A stretch of 24,000 bases of DNA from an uncultured Spirochaetota bacterium (lineage in GTDB: Bacteria; Spirochaetota; UBA4802; UBA5550). A model generated the notes under the pieces. The model was given only the letters and a program-made list of their open reading frames with translations, was not told the origin of the DNA and ran no database searches. The stretch lies in the NCBI GenBank assembly GCA_942491575.1, contig CALOBT010000031.1, forward strand, positions 162,008 to 186,007. Reading direction: 5' to 3'. Positions 17,901 through 24,000 of this stretch are shown in pieces (the stretch's first letter is position 1; every line of letters begins with the position of its first letter). The position numbers were made by a program, and so were the translations under genes.

Positions 17901-18752
17901 TTACCAGATTTTAAAGGCAACACCCGCGGAAACGCCCGCACTGTTAAACAACACATCCTTATCAAATATATACATGTATCGGGCCTGTACGATTAATGAA
18001 ATTCGGCCAAAGGGATATTCATATCCGAGGGTTGAGTGAAGGGTGAAGGTGTTACTGTCTGCGGTCTCATTTATGTTTTTTATTGTCAGAAGGGAGATCC
18101 CCGGCTGCACAGAAAAACCTATGATACCCCATTTGCCATCATTGAGGAAAAACTGCCAGAGGGGCCCTGCGGAGATGGTAATGCTGGAAAGGCTTTCATC
18201 ACCTTTGTTGAAGTAGAGGTAACCGCCTTCGATGCGCATTCCCGGTATCCACGGGAGTCGTCTTCCGCCTGTGAGGAGATCAGGCCCCTGATCATAGGCC
18301 AGAAATCCTCCATAGCCATAGGGGATGGAGCCGTTTAAGTCGCCGAAAATATAATTAAAGATGCCGGTAAGAAAAATTTTTCCTCCGCCCCATAATGGCT
18401 TTTCAGGTTTTTTTTCGTCTTCTTTCTGGTTTTTTATATCCTTTAAGCCAGCTTCATAATTTTTACGTATCTCGTTTTCATCAAAGTCCTTTCCCATTTT
18501 TTTGCGTATTTCAATGTCTTCTTCATAGTTGGCTGTTTTAAATAATTGTTTTATCTGTTTCGCAGGAATTTTGAATTCTCCGTAATAATTTTTGAAGAGA
18601 ATTATTTTGCTGTTTTCCCGTTTTACCTTCCCAACCAAAAGTGTCCCGTTTTTAAGGATAATTGTATCGGCCAATAATAGGGACGGTGAAAATTCAGAAA
18701 AAGAGAATAAGATTAAAAGAAATAAGATTATTGGCTGTAATAGTTTCCGCAT
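17901..18752 (-). CDS. Outer-membrane beta-barrel protein with an N-terminal periplasmic ~42-aa module
   Basis: The ORF-track start at 18755 is a TTG. The adjacent ATG at 18752-18750 is more likely and overlaps the upstream stop as TGATG. A signal peptide is present (MRKLLQPIILFLLILFSFSEFSPSLLLA). The C-terminal ~160 aa show alternating hydrophobic beta-strand patterns and end in FKIW, an aromatic terminus typical of OMPs. Confidence 0.65.
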   Translation of the reverse strand: MRKLLQPIILFLLILFSFSEFSPSLLLADTIILKNGTLLVGKVKRENSKIILFKNYYGEFKIPAKQIKQLFKTANYEEDIEIRKKMGKDFDENEIRKNYEAGLKDIKNQKEDEKKPEKPLWGGGKIFLTGIFNYIFGDLNGSIPYGYGGFLAYDQGPDLLTGGRRLPWIPGMRIEGGYLYFNKGDESLSSITISAGPLWQFFLNDGKWGIIGFSVQPGISLLTIKNINETADSNTFTLHSTLGYEYPFGRISLIVQARYMYIFDKDVLFNSAGVSAGVAFKIW

Positions 18753-20143
18753 CAAAGATAAATCCGCCTTGATATCTTCTTTTTATCTATAGTAATCTTT
18801 CCAATGGAGGTTTTCAATATTAATTGGGAGTTCGTCTCTCTGATGACAAAACCGGTAAATATATTTCCGTCTTTCATGTATATTTTTACTTTAAGAGGGG
18901 CAGCCTCTGCCTGGATTTTTCTTTTTTTCCCTGCTTTTCTCTCTTTTTCAAGCCTGTTGTTTACTTTTTTTATAAGAAGATCAACTTCCTTAAGTTCTGC
19001 AGCCTTGAAAACAGGGGTTTCAATTTCTGCATTCTGAATACTGTTTGTCAGCGAAGTTTTTGCCGCACCGTTTTTATTTAAAGTTGTCGGAAGTGTCAGT
19101 TTTTTCTCTTCCTCCACCATCCTTGTAAAGGTTTCATCTTCTAAAAGCTGATTGTTTTTTTTTGCAAGGGTTTTAATCCTTTTTCCGTTGATAGCCAGGG
19201 AGCCCACCAGGTATATTCTTCTGTTGGCCTTGCGTGCATACGGGGAATCAGGGTCATTCATGATAATCTCCTGATACAGTTTTACCGCTTTTTCGGATTT
19301 ATCCAGTTCCTCCAGGACTTTTCCTTCAATGAGTTTTATCCTGCTTTTCTCTGCGGGGGGGACCCTTCTCTCAATCTTTTTTAATGTATCAAAAGATTCC
19401 CGGTATGCAATGAGGCGGAAGAGTTTTTCACTTTTAGCAAGGGAATCTTTTTCATACTTCCTGATTTTTTCCGCTTCGTTTCTGAATCCTTCAAGGTAAC
19501 GGAGAAGCACCACCGCTGTTACTGCCACACTGGTGTCACCAAACTCGGAAATAACCCTGGAATAGTTATTCTTTGCTTCAGTATACTTTCCAAGAATGGC
19601 ATTACAGAATCCCCTGTGAAGAAGAATGCTTGCAGTCAATGACCGGTCAGAACTGCCTTTATCGATAATGCTGTTGTATAATTCTATGGCCTGCCTGTAT
19701 TTTTTGTTTCTTTCATAGTAGTAGGCAATCTCCAGGTCTACACCGCTTTGATCGTTTTTAACATCACGTATCGGAGTCAGGCCGATAATATATCTGATGA
19801 AATTAATTGTATAGAGTACCGGGACTGAAATTAATCCATACTTTTCCTGGGTTACCTCAGACAGGGTGTCTCTTTCTGACAGTATAGCATTGACACGCAT
19901 TTCTACCAAATTTGAGTTTTCCGGAGAAATTTTATTATCGTATAATTGCCTGTTGAGCCGGTATTTCATCACAAGCCCGATATGGTCGATATTGCTGTCT
20001 GCCCTGTTGCTTTTCTGTAAAAACAGTTTAACACCCCTTATTCGAATCTGAATGTTTACATCATTGAAGATAATCATGATCCCCACAAGGCAGAGGGTGC
20101 TGAAGAGAAGCAACAGTTCATTTTTATAAATTTTTAAGATCAT
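18752..20143 (-). CDS. Membrane-anchored TPR-repeat protein
   Basis: The protein is 463 aa. It has an N-terminal TM segment (LLLLFSTLCLVGIMIIF). TPR-like helical pairs are present (LEIAYYYERNKKYRQAIELYNSII, LLHRGFCNAILGKYTEAKNNYSRVI, AVKLYQEIIMNDPDSPYARKA). A Lys-rich coiled segment follows, then a C-terminal beta-rich module VKIYMKDGNIFTGFVIRETNSQLILKTSIGKITIDKKKI. Confidence 0.75.
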   Translation of the reverse strand: MILKIYKNELLLLFSTLCLVGIMIIFNDVNIQIRIRGVKLFLQKSNRADSNIDHIGLVMKYRLNRQLYDNKISPENSNLVEMRVNAILSERDTLSEVTQEKYGLISVPVLYTINFIRYIIGLTPIRDVKNDQSGVDLEIAYYYERNKKYRQAIELYNSIIDKGSSDRSLTASILLHRGFCNAILGKYTEAKNNYSRVISEFGDTSVAVTAVVLLRYLEGFRNEAEKIRKYEKDSLAKSEKLFRLIAYRESFDTLKKIERRVPPAEKSRIKLIEGKVLEELDKSEKAVKLYQEIIMNDPDSPYARKANRRIYLVGSLAINGKRIKTLAKKNNQLLEDETFTRMVEEEKKLTLPTTLNKNGAAKTSLTNSIQNAEIETPVFKAAELKEVDLLIKKVNNRLEKERKAGKKRKIQAEAAPLKVKIYMKDGNIFTGFVIRETNSQLILKTSIGKITIDKKKISRRIYL

Positions 20144-20153
20144 GATAAATATC

Positions 20154-21680
20154 TCATTTCAGTTCAACAATCAATATGGTGGCATCGTCCTTCATTCCAT
20201 CTATTGTAGTAAATTCTGAAAGTGTTTTTATAATGGAACGCATTAATTGATCACATGGATCTTTATAGAAGGCTTTTACGGATTTCAGGATGCCCTCCAG
20301 TCCAAATTCATGTCTTTCAGCATTTCGTGCTTCAATTATGCCATCGGTAAAAAGTACTATCTTATCCCCTTTTTCAATTTTTGCTATTTTTGTTTCGTAG
20401 AGATGGTCCAGGTCATTTGAGATTCCCATGGGGATACCGCCGCTTTTCAGCATGGAGAGCTTGTTTTTGTTTGTCCTGATAATTAAGGGCCTGAGGTGTC
20501 CCGCATCGACGGAATAAACTATATTATCCTTATCAATTATGAAGTAATAGGCGGTAAAGAAGAGAGTCGATTCCTTGTCAACTTCACCGAGTATTTCGAT
20601 TATTTCTTCATTTATTTTTTTGAACAGATCTGAAGGGTCATGAAAGTTGGGTGTATGCTGCCGGAATTTTTCCTTTATCAGCATTGTGACCATAGCGGCG
20701 GGAACCCCGTGCCCCTGGACATCAACAATAAGAAAACCGTAGGATGAATCTCCAAGATCAAAAATGTCATAATAATCTCCGCTTACACGTCCCGCCGCCC
20801 TGGAAAAGACGCAGAAGTTAAAACGGTCGTTATCCTTTATGTGAGGGAAAATGACTTCCTGTACCTTGGAGGCCATATCAAGTTCCTCTTCCATCAATGC
20901 CCGCTGTCCCTGCAGGGTCACAATTTGATCCTGCACGGATTTGGCCATTGAATTAAATGCGAGGGCGAGTTCTCCAATTTCATCATTCTGCCCTACCTCT
21001 GCCCTGGCGGTAAGATCTCCTTCGCTGATATCGATACTTTTTTTGTGAAGAGATTTTATCGGTTTAACAAATACTTTAAAAAGCAACAGGGCAAAGAGAA
21101 CATGGAATACTGCAATGATAAAAATGATCAGGATGATCATGCGGTACAGGTTTTCGAGCCTGGAGTGAATTTCGCCCATGTTGAATTTCAGGAGCAATAC
21201 TGATTGTTTAAGGGTGTGAATATTGAAGGGTATATAGAATGAAATGTCATAGGTTTTTTCATCAACTTTTGTATAATATCTTTTGCCGGTGAAATCACGA
21301 CTGGTCACGGCCCTTACGCCATTTACAAAATCGGTTTGTCCTATTTTGAAATCAGGGCGACTCCGATAAATTACCTCCCCTTCTTCAGAGAAAATGCCGA
21401 AGGATGGGGTAATCTTTTTTATCAGACCGGATACTTCTTTTATTACATTTGATCTTCTTGTTATTCTGCCCTTGCCGGACTCTATCTCGGCGGAAAGCTT
21501 GTTCAGGGAACCAAGGAGAGAATCGGCAACCTCCATGACATGAAATTTTGTATTTTCAGAGATCAAATCAATCTGGTTCTCGTATATGATAATAGAAAAA
21601 AAGGCCATATTGGCGATTGCCAGCAGAATGTAGAGGAGGCTGATTTTGACTGCAATTGATTTTTTTGGTAGCTTCATCAT
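20154..21680 (-). CDS. Membrane sensor HAMP-domain PP2C (SpoIIE/RsbU-type) serine phosphatase
   Basis: The protein is 508 aa. Two TM segments flank a ~140-aa extracytoplasmic region. A HAMP domain is present (VKPIKSLHKKSIDISEGDLTARAEVGQNDEIGELALAFNSMAKSV). PPM/SpoIIE motifs SGDYYDIF, VDVQGHGVPAAM and LFTDGIIEA are present. Confidence 0.88.
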   Translation of the reverse strand: MMKLPKKSIAVKISLLYILLAIANMAFFSIIIYENQIDLISENTKFHVMEVADSLLGSLNKLSAEIESGKGRITRRSNVIKEVSGLIKKITPSFGIFSEEGEVIYRSRPDFKIGQTDFVNGVRAVTSRDFTGKRYYTKVDEKTYDISFYIPFNIHTLKQSVLLLKFNMGEIHSRLENLYRMIILIIFIIAVFHVLFALLLFKVFVKPIKSLHKKSIDISEGDLTARAEVGQNDEIGELALAFNSMAKSVQDQIVTLQGQRALMEEELDMASKVQEVIFPHIKDNDRFNFCVFSRAAGRVSGDYYDIFDLGDSSYGFLIVDVQGHGVPAAMVTMLIKEKFRQHTPNFHDPSDLFKKINEEIIEILGEVDKESTLFFTAYYFIIDKDNIVYSVDAGHLRPLIIRTNKNKLSMLKSGGIPMGISNDLDHLYETKIAKIEKGDKIVLFTDGIIEARNAERHEFGLEGILKSVKAFYKDPCDQLMRSIIKTLSEFTTIDGMKDDATILIVELK

Positions 21681-21785
21681 CCCGTATCCATATTCAGTTT
21701 AAAGATTATATAGGACTTTCAAAAACCATATTTTTTCAATCAGGCTCTTAGGGACATTCCAAACAAACAACAGAATCCCACTATA

Positions 21786-21814
21786 ATTATAGCAAAGTAT
21801 GGATTGATTGTCTA
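21786..21814 (-). promoter_or_regulatory. Candidate sigma70-type promoter of the phosphatase/TPR/OMP operon
   Basis: On the minus strand the site reads TAGACA (21814-21809), a 17-nt spacer, then TATAAT (21791-21786). The -10 element lies inside the perfect palindrome ctataattatag. The site is about 105 nt upstream of the ATG at 21680. Confidence 0.45.
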
Positions 21815-21938
21815 AGAATTTAATTCTATTTATTTTCTTCAGGGATAATGGGAGTGATTTTGTAAGGAAATCAGTTCTCCTGCTGGAGTTGCCCAATTAA
21901 TGTGGGGGAAGTTTTTTTGACTCTTATTCAGGGTAAAT

Positions 21939-22886
21939 TCAGCCAGTCACATTCAACCTCTGTCTCCCGAGATCTATCGAACCATCAGCACTTTTTATTG
22001 TTGATTCAATAATATCTTCAGGCTGCAGGTAATCGTTGTTTTTCAGCTGTTTTTTGATGAAAAGTTTCATCGTGGCAGCATCTGATAAAAAGAGTCCCGC
22101 AATTTTTTGCAGGGCCTTTGGTGGCGCCTTCAGGGCTACGCCGCCGGGAGTTCCCGTCATGATGATATCACCAGGTTCGAGATCCATGATTTCGGATATT
22201 TCTTTTAATGACTCTGCCGGTTTAAATATTAAATCCTTTGTATTTGCATCCTGGCGAAGCCTGTTGTTTACCCATAGTTTTAATTCAAGGTTTGCAAGAT
22301 ATTTAAAATCAGTTACATCAAGGAGGCAGAGATGCGGTCCGGCGGGACAGAATGTTCTGTAGCTCTTTCCCTTATACCACTGCCCCTGGGGAATCTGTAT
22401 ATCCCGTGCGGAAATGTCATTACACATCACTATTGCGGCAACGTACTCTGAAATATTGGATTCATGAATATTTTCCGCTTTTTCTATTTTACTTCCTATG
22501 ACAAGGCCCAGCTCCAGCTCGTAGTCGAGGAGGCGGACATTTTTTGGGCGTATTACTTTCCCGGATGGACCGGTGAGGGATGATGATTCCTTTGAAAAGA
22601 GTAGATTGAATCCCGGTTTTTCAGTAATGCCTGTTTCGCTTCGATGCGCATGGTAGTTGACTCCCTGGCAGACAATCCTGCAGGGGGAAGTGACCGGACT
22701 CAGTATTTTTACATCTTTAATCGGGATGCACTTTCCTTCCTTCAGTTCGCGCGCCGCTGCGGCTCCATTTGCCAGAAAGTCCCTCAGGCTGGTGTATTCT
22801 CCCGGAACCGGTATTATTTTGTCTTCCTTTACGACGCCCCAGGCGATTTTATCTGACAGACGATATCTTACTACATTACAGGCCAT
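21939..22886 (-). CDS. Fumarylacetoacetate hydrolase (FAH) family protein
   Basis: FAH-family motifs are present: CQGVNYHAH, YELELGLVIG and GDIIMTGTPGGV. The ORF-track start at 22913 is a TTG. I prefer the ATG at 22886-22884 (MACNVVRY...), which has a GGGAG RBS 7 nt upstream. Confidence 0.87.
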   Translation of the reverse strand: MACNVVRYRLSDKIAWGVVKEDKIIPVPGEYTSLRDFLANGAAAARELKEGKCIPIKDVKILSPVTSPCRIVCQGVNYHAHRSETGITEKPGFNLLFSKESSSLTGPSGKVIRPKNVRLLDYELELGLVIGSKIEKAENIHESNISEYVAAIVMCNDISARDIQIPQGQWYKGKSYRTFCPAGPHLCLLDVTDFKYLANLELKLWVNNRLRQDANTKDLIFKPAESLKEISEIMDLEPGDIIMTGTPGGVALKAPPKALQKIAGLFLSDAATMKLFIKKQLKNNDYLQPEDIIESTIKSADGSIDLGRQRLNVTG

Positions 22887-22980
22887 TATTTTGCTCCCGG
22901 TTTTGAATTTCAAAAATCTATATTATTTTTCCGGAATGTCAATAAATTATCACAATGAAAAAGGATTGACTTTTAGAAAA

Positions 22981-23004
22981 CACTATAAGCAAATGCTTAT
23001 AGTG
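22981..23004. promoter_or_regulatory. Perfect 11-2-11 inverted repeat, candidate ArsR-family operator
   Basis: The sequence is cactataagca-aa-tgcttatagtg. It lies between a TTGACT hexamer (22966-22971) and the AAGGAGG RBS (23016-23022) of the ArsR-family gene. ArsR/SmtB repressors classically bind 12-2-12-type inverted repeats overlapping their own promoters. Confidence 0.5.
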
Positions 23005-23034
23005 TTGCGCGGATTAAGGAGGATTCTTCATCAG

Positions 23035-23349
23035 ATGAATGACAGATTAAAAACCATGGCACTTATATTTAAGGCCCTGGGAGACCAGAAAAGGCTTCAG
23101 ATTATTAAGATGCTCGCTTCAGCCTCCGAGGAATCCCTCTGTGTGAGTGATGTTGCAGAAAAATTAAAAATCAGTCAGCCCGCGGCATCACAGCATATAA
23201 AGGTCCTTAAAAATATTGGGATTCTCGAAGAGAACAGAAAGGGCTTTCGGGTATTTTATATAATAAATTCTGATGTATTAAGGGAATACAAGATAGAGGT
23301 TGATGGATTATTCAGGAAGGCCTTTGAAAAGTGTTCACATGAAAAATAA
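23035..23349 (+). CDS. ArsR/SmtB-family winged-helix transcriptional regulator
   Basis: The protein is 104 aa from the ATG at 23035. It reads LIFKALGDQKRLQIIKML...LCVSDVAEKLKISQPAASQHIKVLKNIGILEENRKGFRVFY. The ORF-track version (22657-) adds 126 aa that are antisense to the FAH gene and cross the operator, so I trimmed it. An alternative in-frame ATG at 22993 lies inside the palindrome. Confidence 0.88.
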   Translation: MNDRLKTMALIFKALGDQKRLQIIKMLASASEESLCVSDVAEKLKISQPAASQHIKVLKNIGILEENRKGFRVFYIINSDVLREYKIEVDGLFRKAFEKCSHEK

Positions 23350-23524
23350 TCGAGTCTCAACCCATGACCCTCGGTGCAGAAACTGCAATGGCTGCATTAA
23401 CTGTGAAGATACCCTCTGCATCTTCCACTCAGGGGGAGATGCAGAAAACTGCTATTTTGAAAGATGCATGCACTGTATTAACTATATTAGAAAGGAAAGA
23501 CTTTTTTTGAATAATGTGGGATGA
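23339..23524 (+). CDS. Small Cys-rich protein (61 aa, 8 Cys), unknown function
   Basis: The sequence is MKNNRVSTHDPRCRNCNGCINCEDTLCIFHSGGDAENCYFERCMHCINYIRKERLFLNNVG. Its ATG at 23339 overlaps the last 11 nt of the ArsR gene. The Cys pattern is CX2CX2CX2CX4C...C...CX2C. I do not recognise the family, so coding status rests on position and Cys spacing only. Confidence 0.5.
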   Translation: MKNNRVSTHDPRCRNCNGCINCEDTLCIFHSGGDAENCYFERCMHCINYIRKERLFLNNVG

Positions 23525-23530
23525 TTATTC

Positions 23531-23719
23531 CTACTCCGGGGGTAATTCAATTATCGGCGGTTCATTATCCTTCTGTTCCAAATGCCCGCGGATTTTAGTG
23601 ATTTCCTTTCCCATCTCCTCGATGGTTTTTCCCTGGGCGAGCAGTGCTTCATTCAAATCGTCTATCGTTTTTTCCATGAAGGAAATCTTAACTTCCAGGT
23701 CTGTGATACGGTCTTCCAT
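23531..23719 (-). CDS. slyX: SlyX-family coiled-coil protein
   Basis: The protein is 62 aa from the internal ATG at 23719-23717, with a GGAGA RBS 10 nt upstream. MEDRITDLEVKISFMEKTIDDLNEALLAQGKTIEEMGKEITKIRGHL matches the SlyX pattern (xxRIxxLExxxAFQExTIxxLN). The longer ORF-track start adds an implausible N-terminus. Confidence 0.75.
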   Translation of the reverse strand: MEDRITDLEVKISFMEKTIDDLNEALLAQGKTIEEMGKEITKIRGHLEQKDNEPPIIELPPE

Positions 23720-23856
23720 TGTTGGTGTTCTCCGGTTTTTTTGTAGTATCAGTATTGAATATTTATTGTTCCAGGCAAAATAAATATTCGCCTGCATTTT
23801 TTTTAATTTGCTGCATAGTTAACTCCTGTGGATTGCCGGAGGGAACTAGCAGGTCA

Positions 23857-24000
23857 CTAATAACTTTTATCGTAAAATACCTTTCCAACTCTCTTTATAT
23901 GGTCTTTTAATGGCAGACTGTTGATATTTTCAAAAATAGAGAGATCAAAAGTATATGGAAGATAAAGCTCATCGATTTTTTCCTCGACAGCAAAAATAAT
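23857..24000 (-). CDS. MNT-type (HI0073-like) nucleotidyltransferase, C-terminal fragment; N-terminus beyond the right window edge
   Basis: My own minus-strand translation gives IIFAVEEKIDELYLPYTFDLSIFENINSLPLKDHIKRVGKVFYDKSY, then a stop (TAG, 23859-23857). The LPYxFDLSxFxxIxxxxLxxHIxRVGxxxY tail is what I recall from small nucleotidyltransferases that pair with HEPN toxins. It is not in the ORF track because it is edge-truncated. Confidence 0.6.
   Translation of the reverse strand: MIFAVEEKIDELYLPYTFDLSIFENINSLPLKDHIKRVGKVFYDKSY

Noticed and set aside
22657-23034. N-terminal 126 codons of the 230-aa + strand ORF
   Set aside because: This part is antisense to the FAH gene and runs through the intergenic promoter/operator. 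The ArsR domain begins at the ATG at 23035, which has its own AAGGAGG RBS.
23763-23816. 17-codon minus-strand ORF (MQQIKKNAGEYLFCLEQ) with an AGGAG RBS between the MNT fragment and slyX
   Set aside because: It is too short and has no similarity I can recognise. It is mentioned only in the MNT/HEPN finding and is not called as a gene.
1-24000. Scan for tRNA, rRNA, CRISPR repeats, transposase/integrase genes, and known defence-system cores (cyclases, nucleases, reverse transcriptases, ATPase-nuclease pairs)
   Set aside because: I found no T-arm-like GGTTCGAATCC motifs and no spaced direct repeats. No ORF has recombinase, RT, Cas or STAND-ATPase motifs. The patatin gene has no adjacent CD-NTase or other CBASS component.

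Overview
This is a 24-kb chromosomal stretch from a diderm-type bacterium. The diderm call rests on lipoprotein signal peptides, a beta-barrel outer-membrane protein (OMP) and a SPOR protein. I cannot assign a taxon without a database search. Genes are densely packed on both strands and are mostly housekeeping or envelope functions. In order they are: a 3'-truncated penicillin/AHL-acylase-family lipoprotein, which is absent from the supplied ORF track because it runs off the left edge; a fused FeoA-FeoB ferrous iron transporter with a small Cys-rich partner; a DUF115/MptE-like protein; an FtsN-like SPOR protein; a DUF47 plus PiT phosphate transporter pair; a YbjN-like protein; a tight M28 peptidase / small Cys-rich protein / patatin lipase cluster; two RNA methyltransferases (THUMP-type and RumA/RlmC-type); a GNAT acetyltransferase; a DUF2341-LamG lipoprotein; a three-gene operon of HAMP-PP2C phosphatase, TPR protein and beta-barrel OMP; an FAH-family hydrolase; an ArsR-family regulator coupled to an 8-Cys mini-protein; SlyX; and an MNT-type nucleotidyltransferase fragment truncated at the right edge, also not in the ORF track. 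I saw no rRNA, tRNA, CRISPR array, transposase, integrase or recognisable defence-system core enzyme. I found no clear-cut novel system. The most unexplained items are: (1) a ~155-bp imperfect palindrome with a perfect 19-bp GC-rich apical stem at 2464-2619; (2) the HAMP-PP2C/TPR/OMP operon, where the last two proteins share a ~42-aa module on either side of a UGAUG stop/start overlap, and which sits in an AT-richer right-hand third of the window; (3) the ArsR regulator, preceded by a perfect 11-2-11 inverted repeat and overlapping an unassigned 61-aa, 8-Cys ORF. All functional calls come from motif recognition by eye, not from searches.
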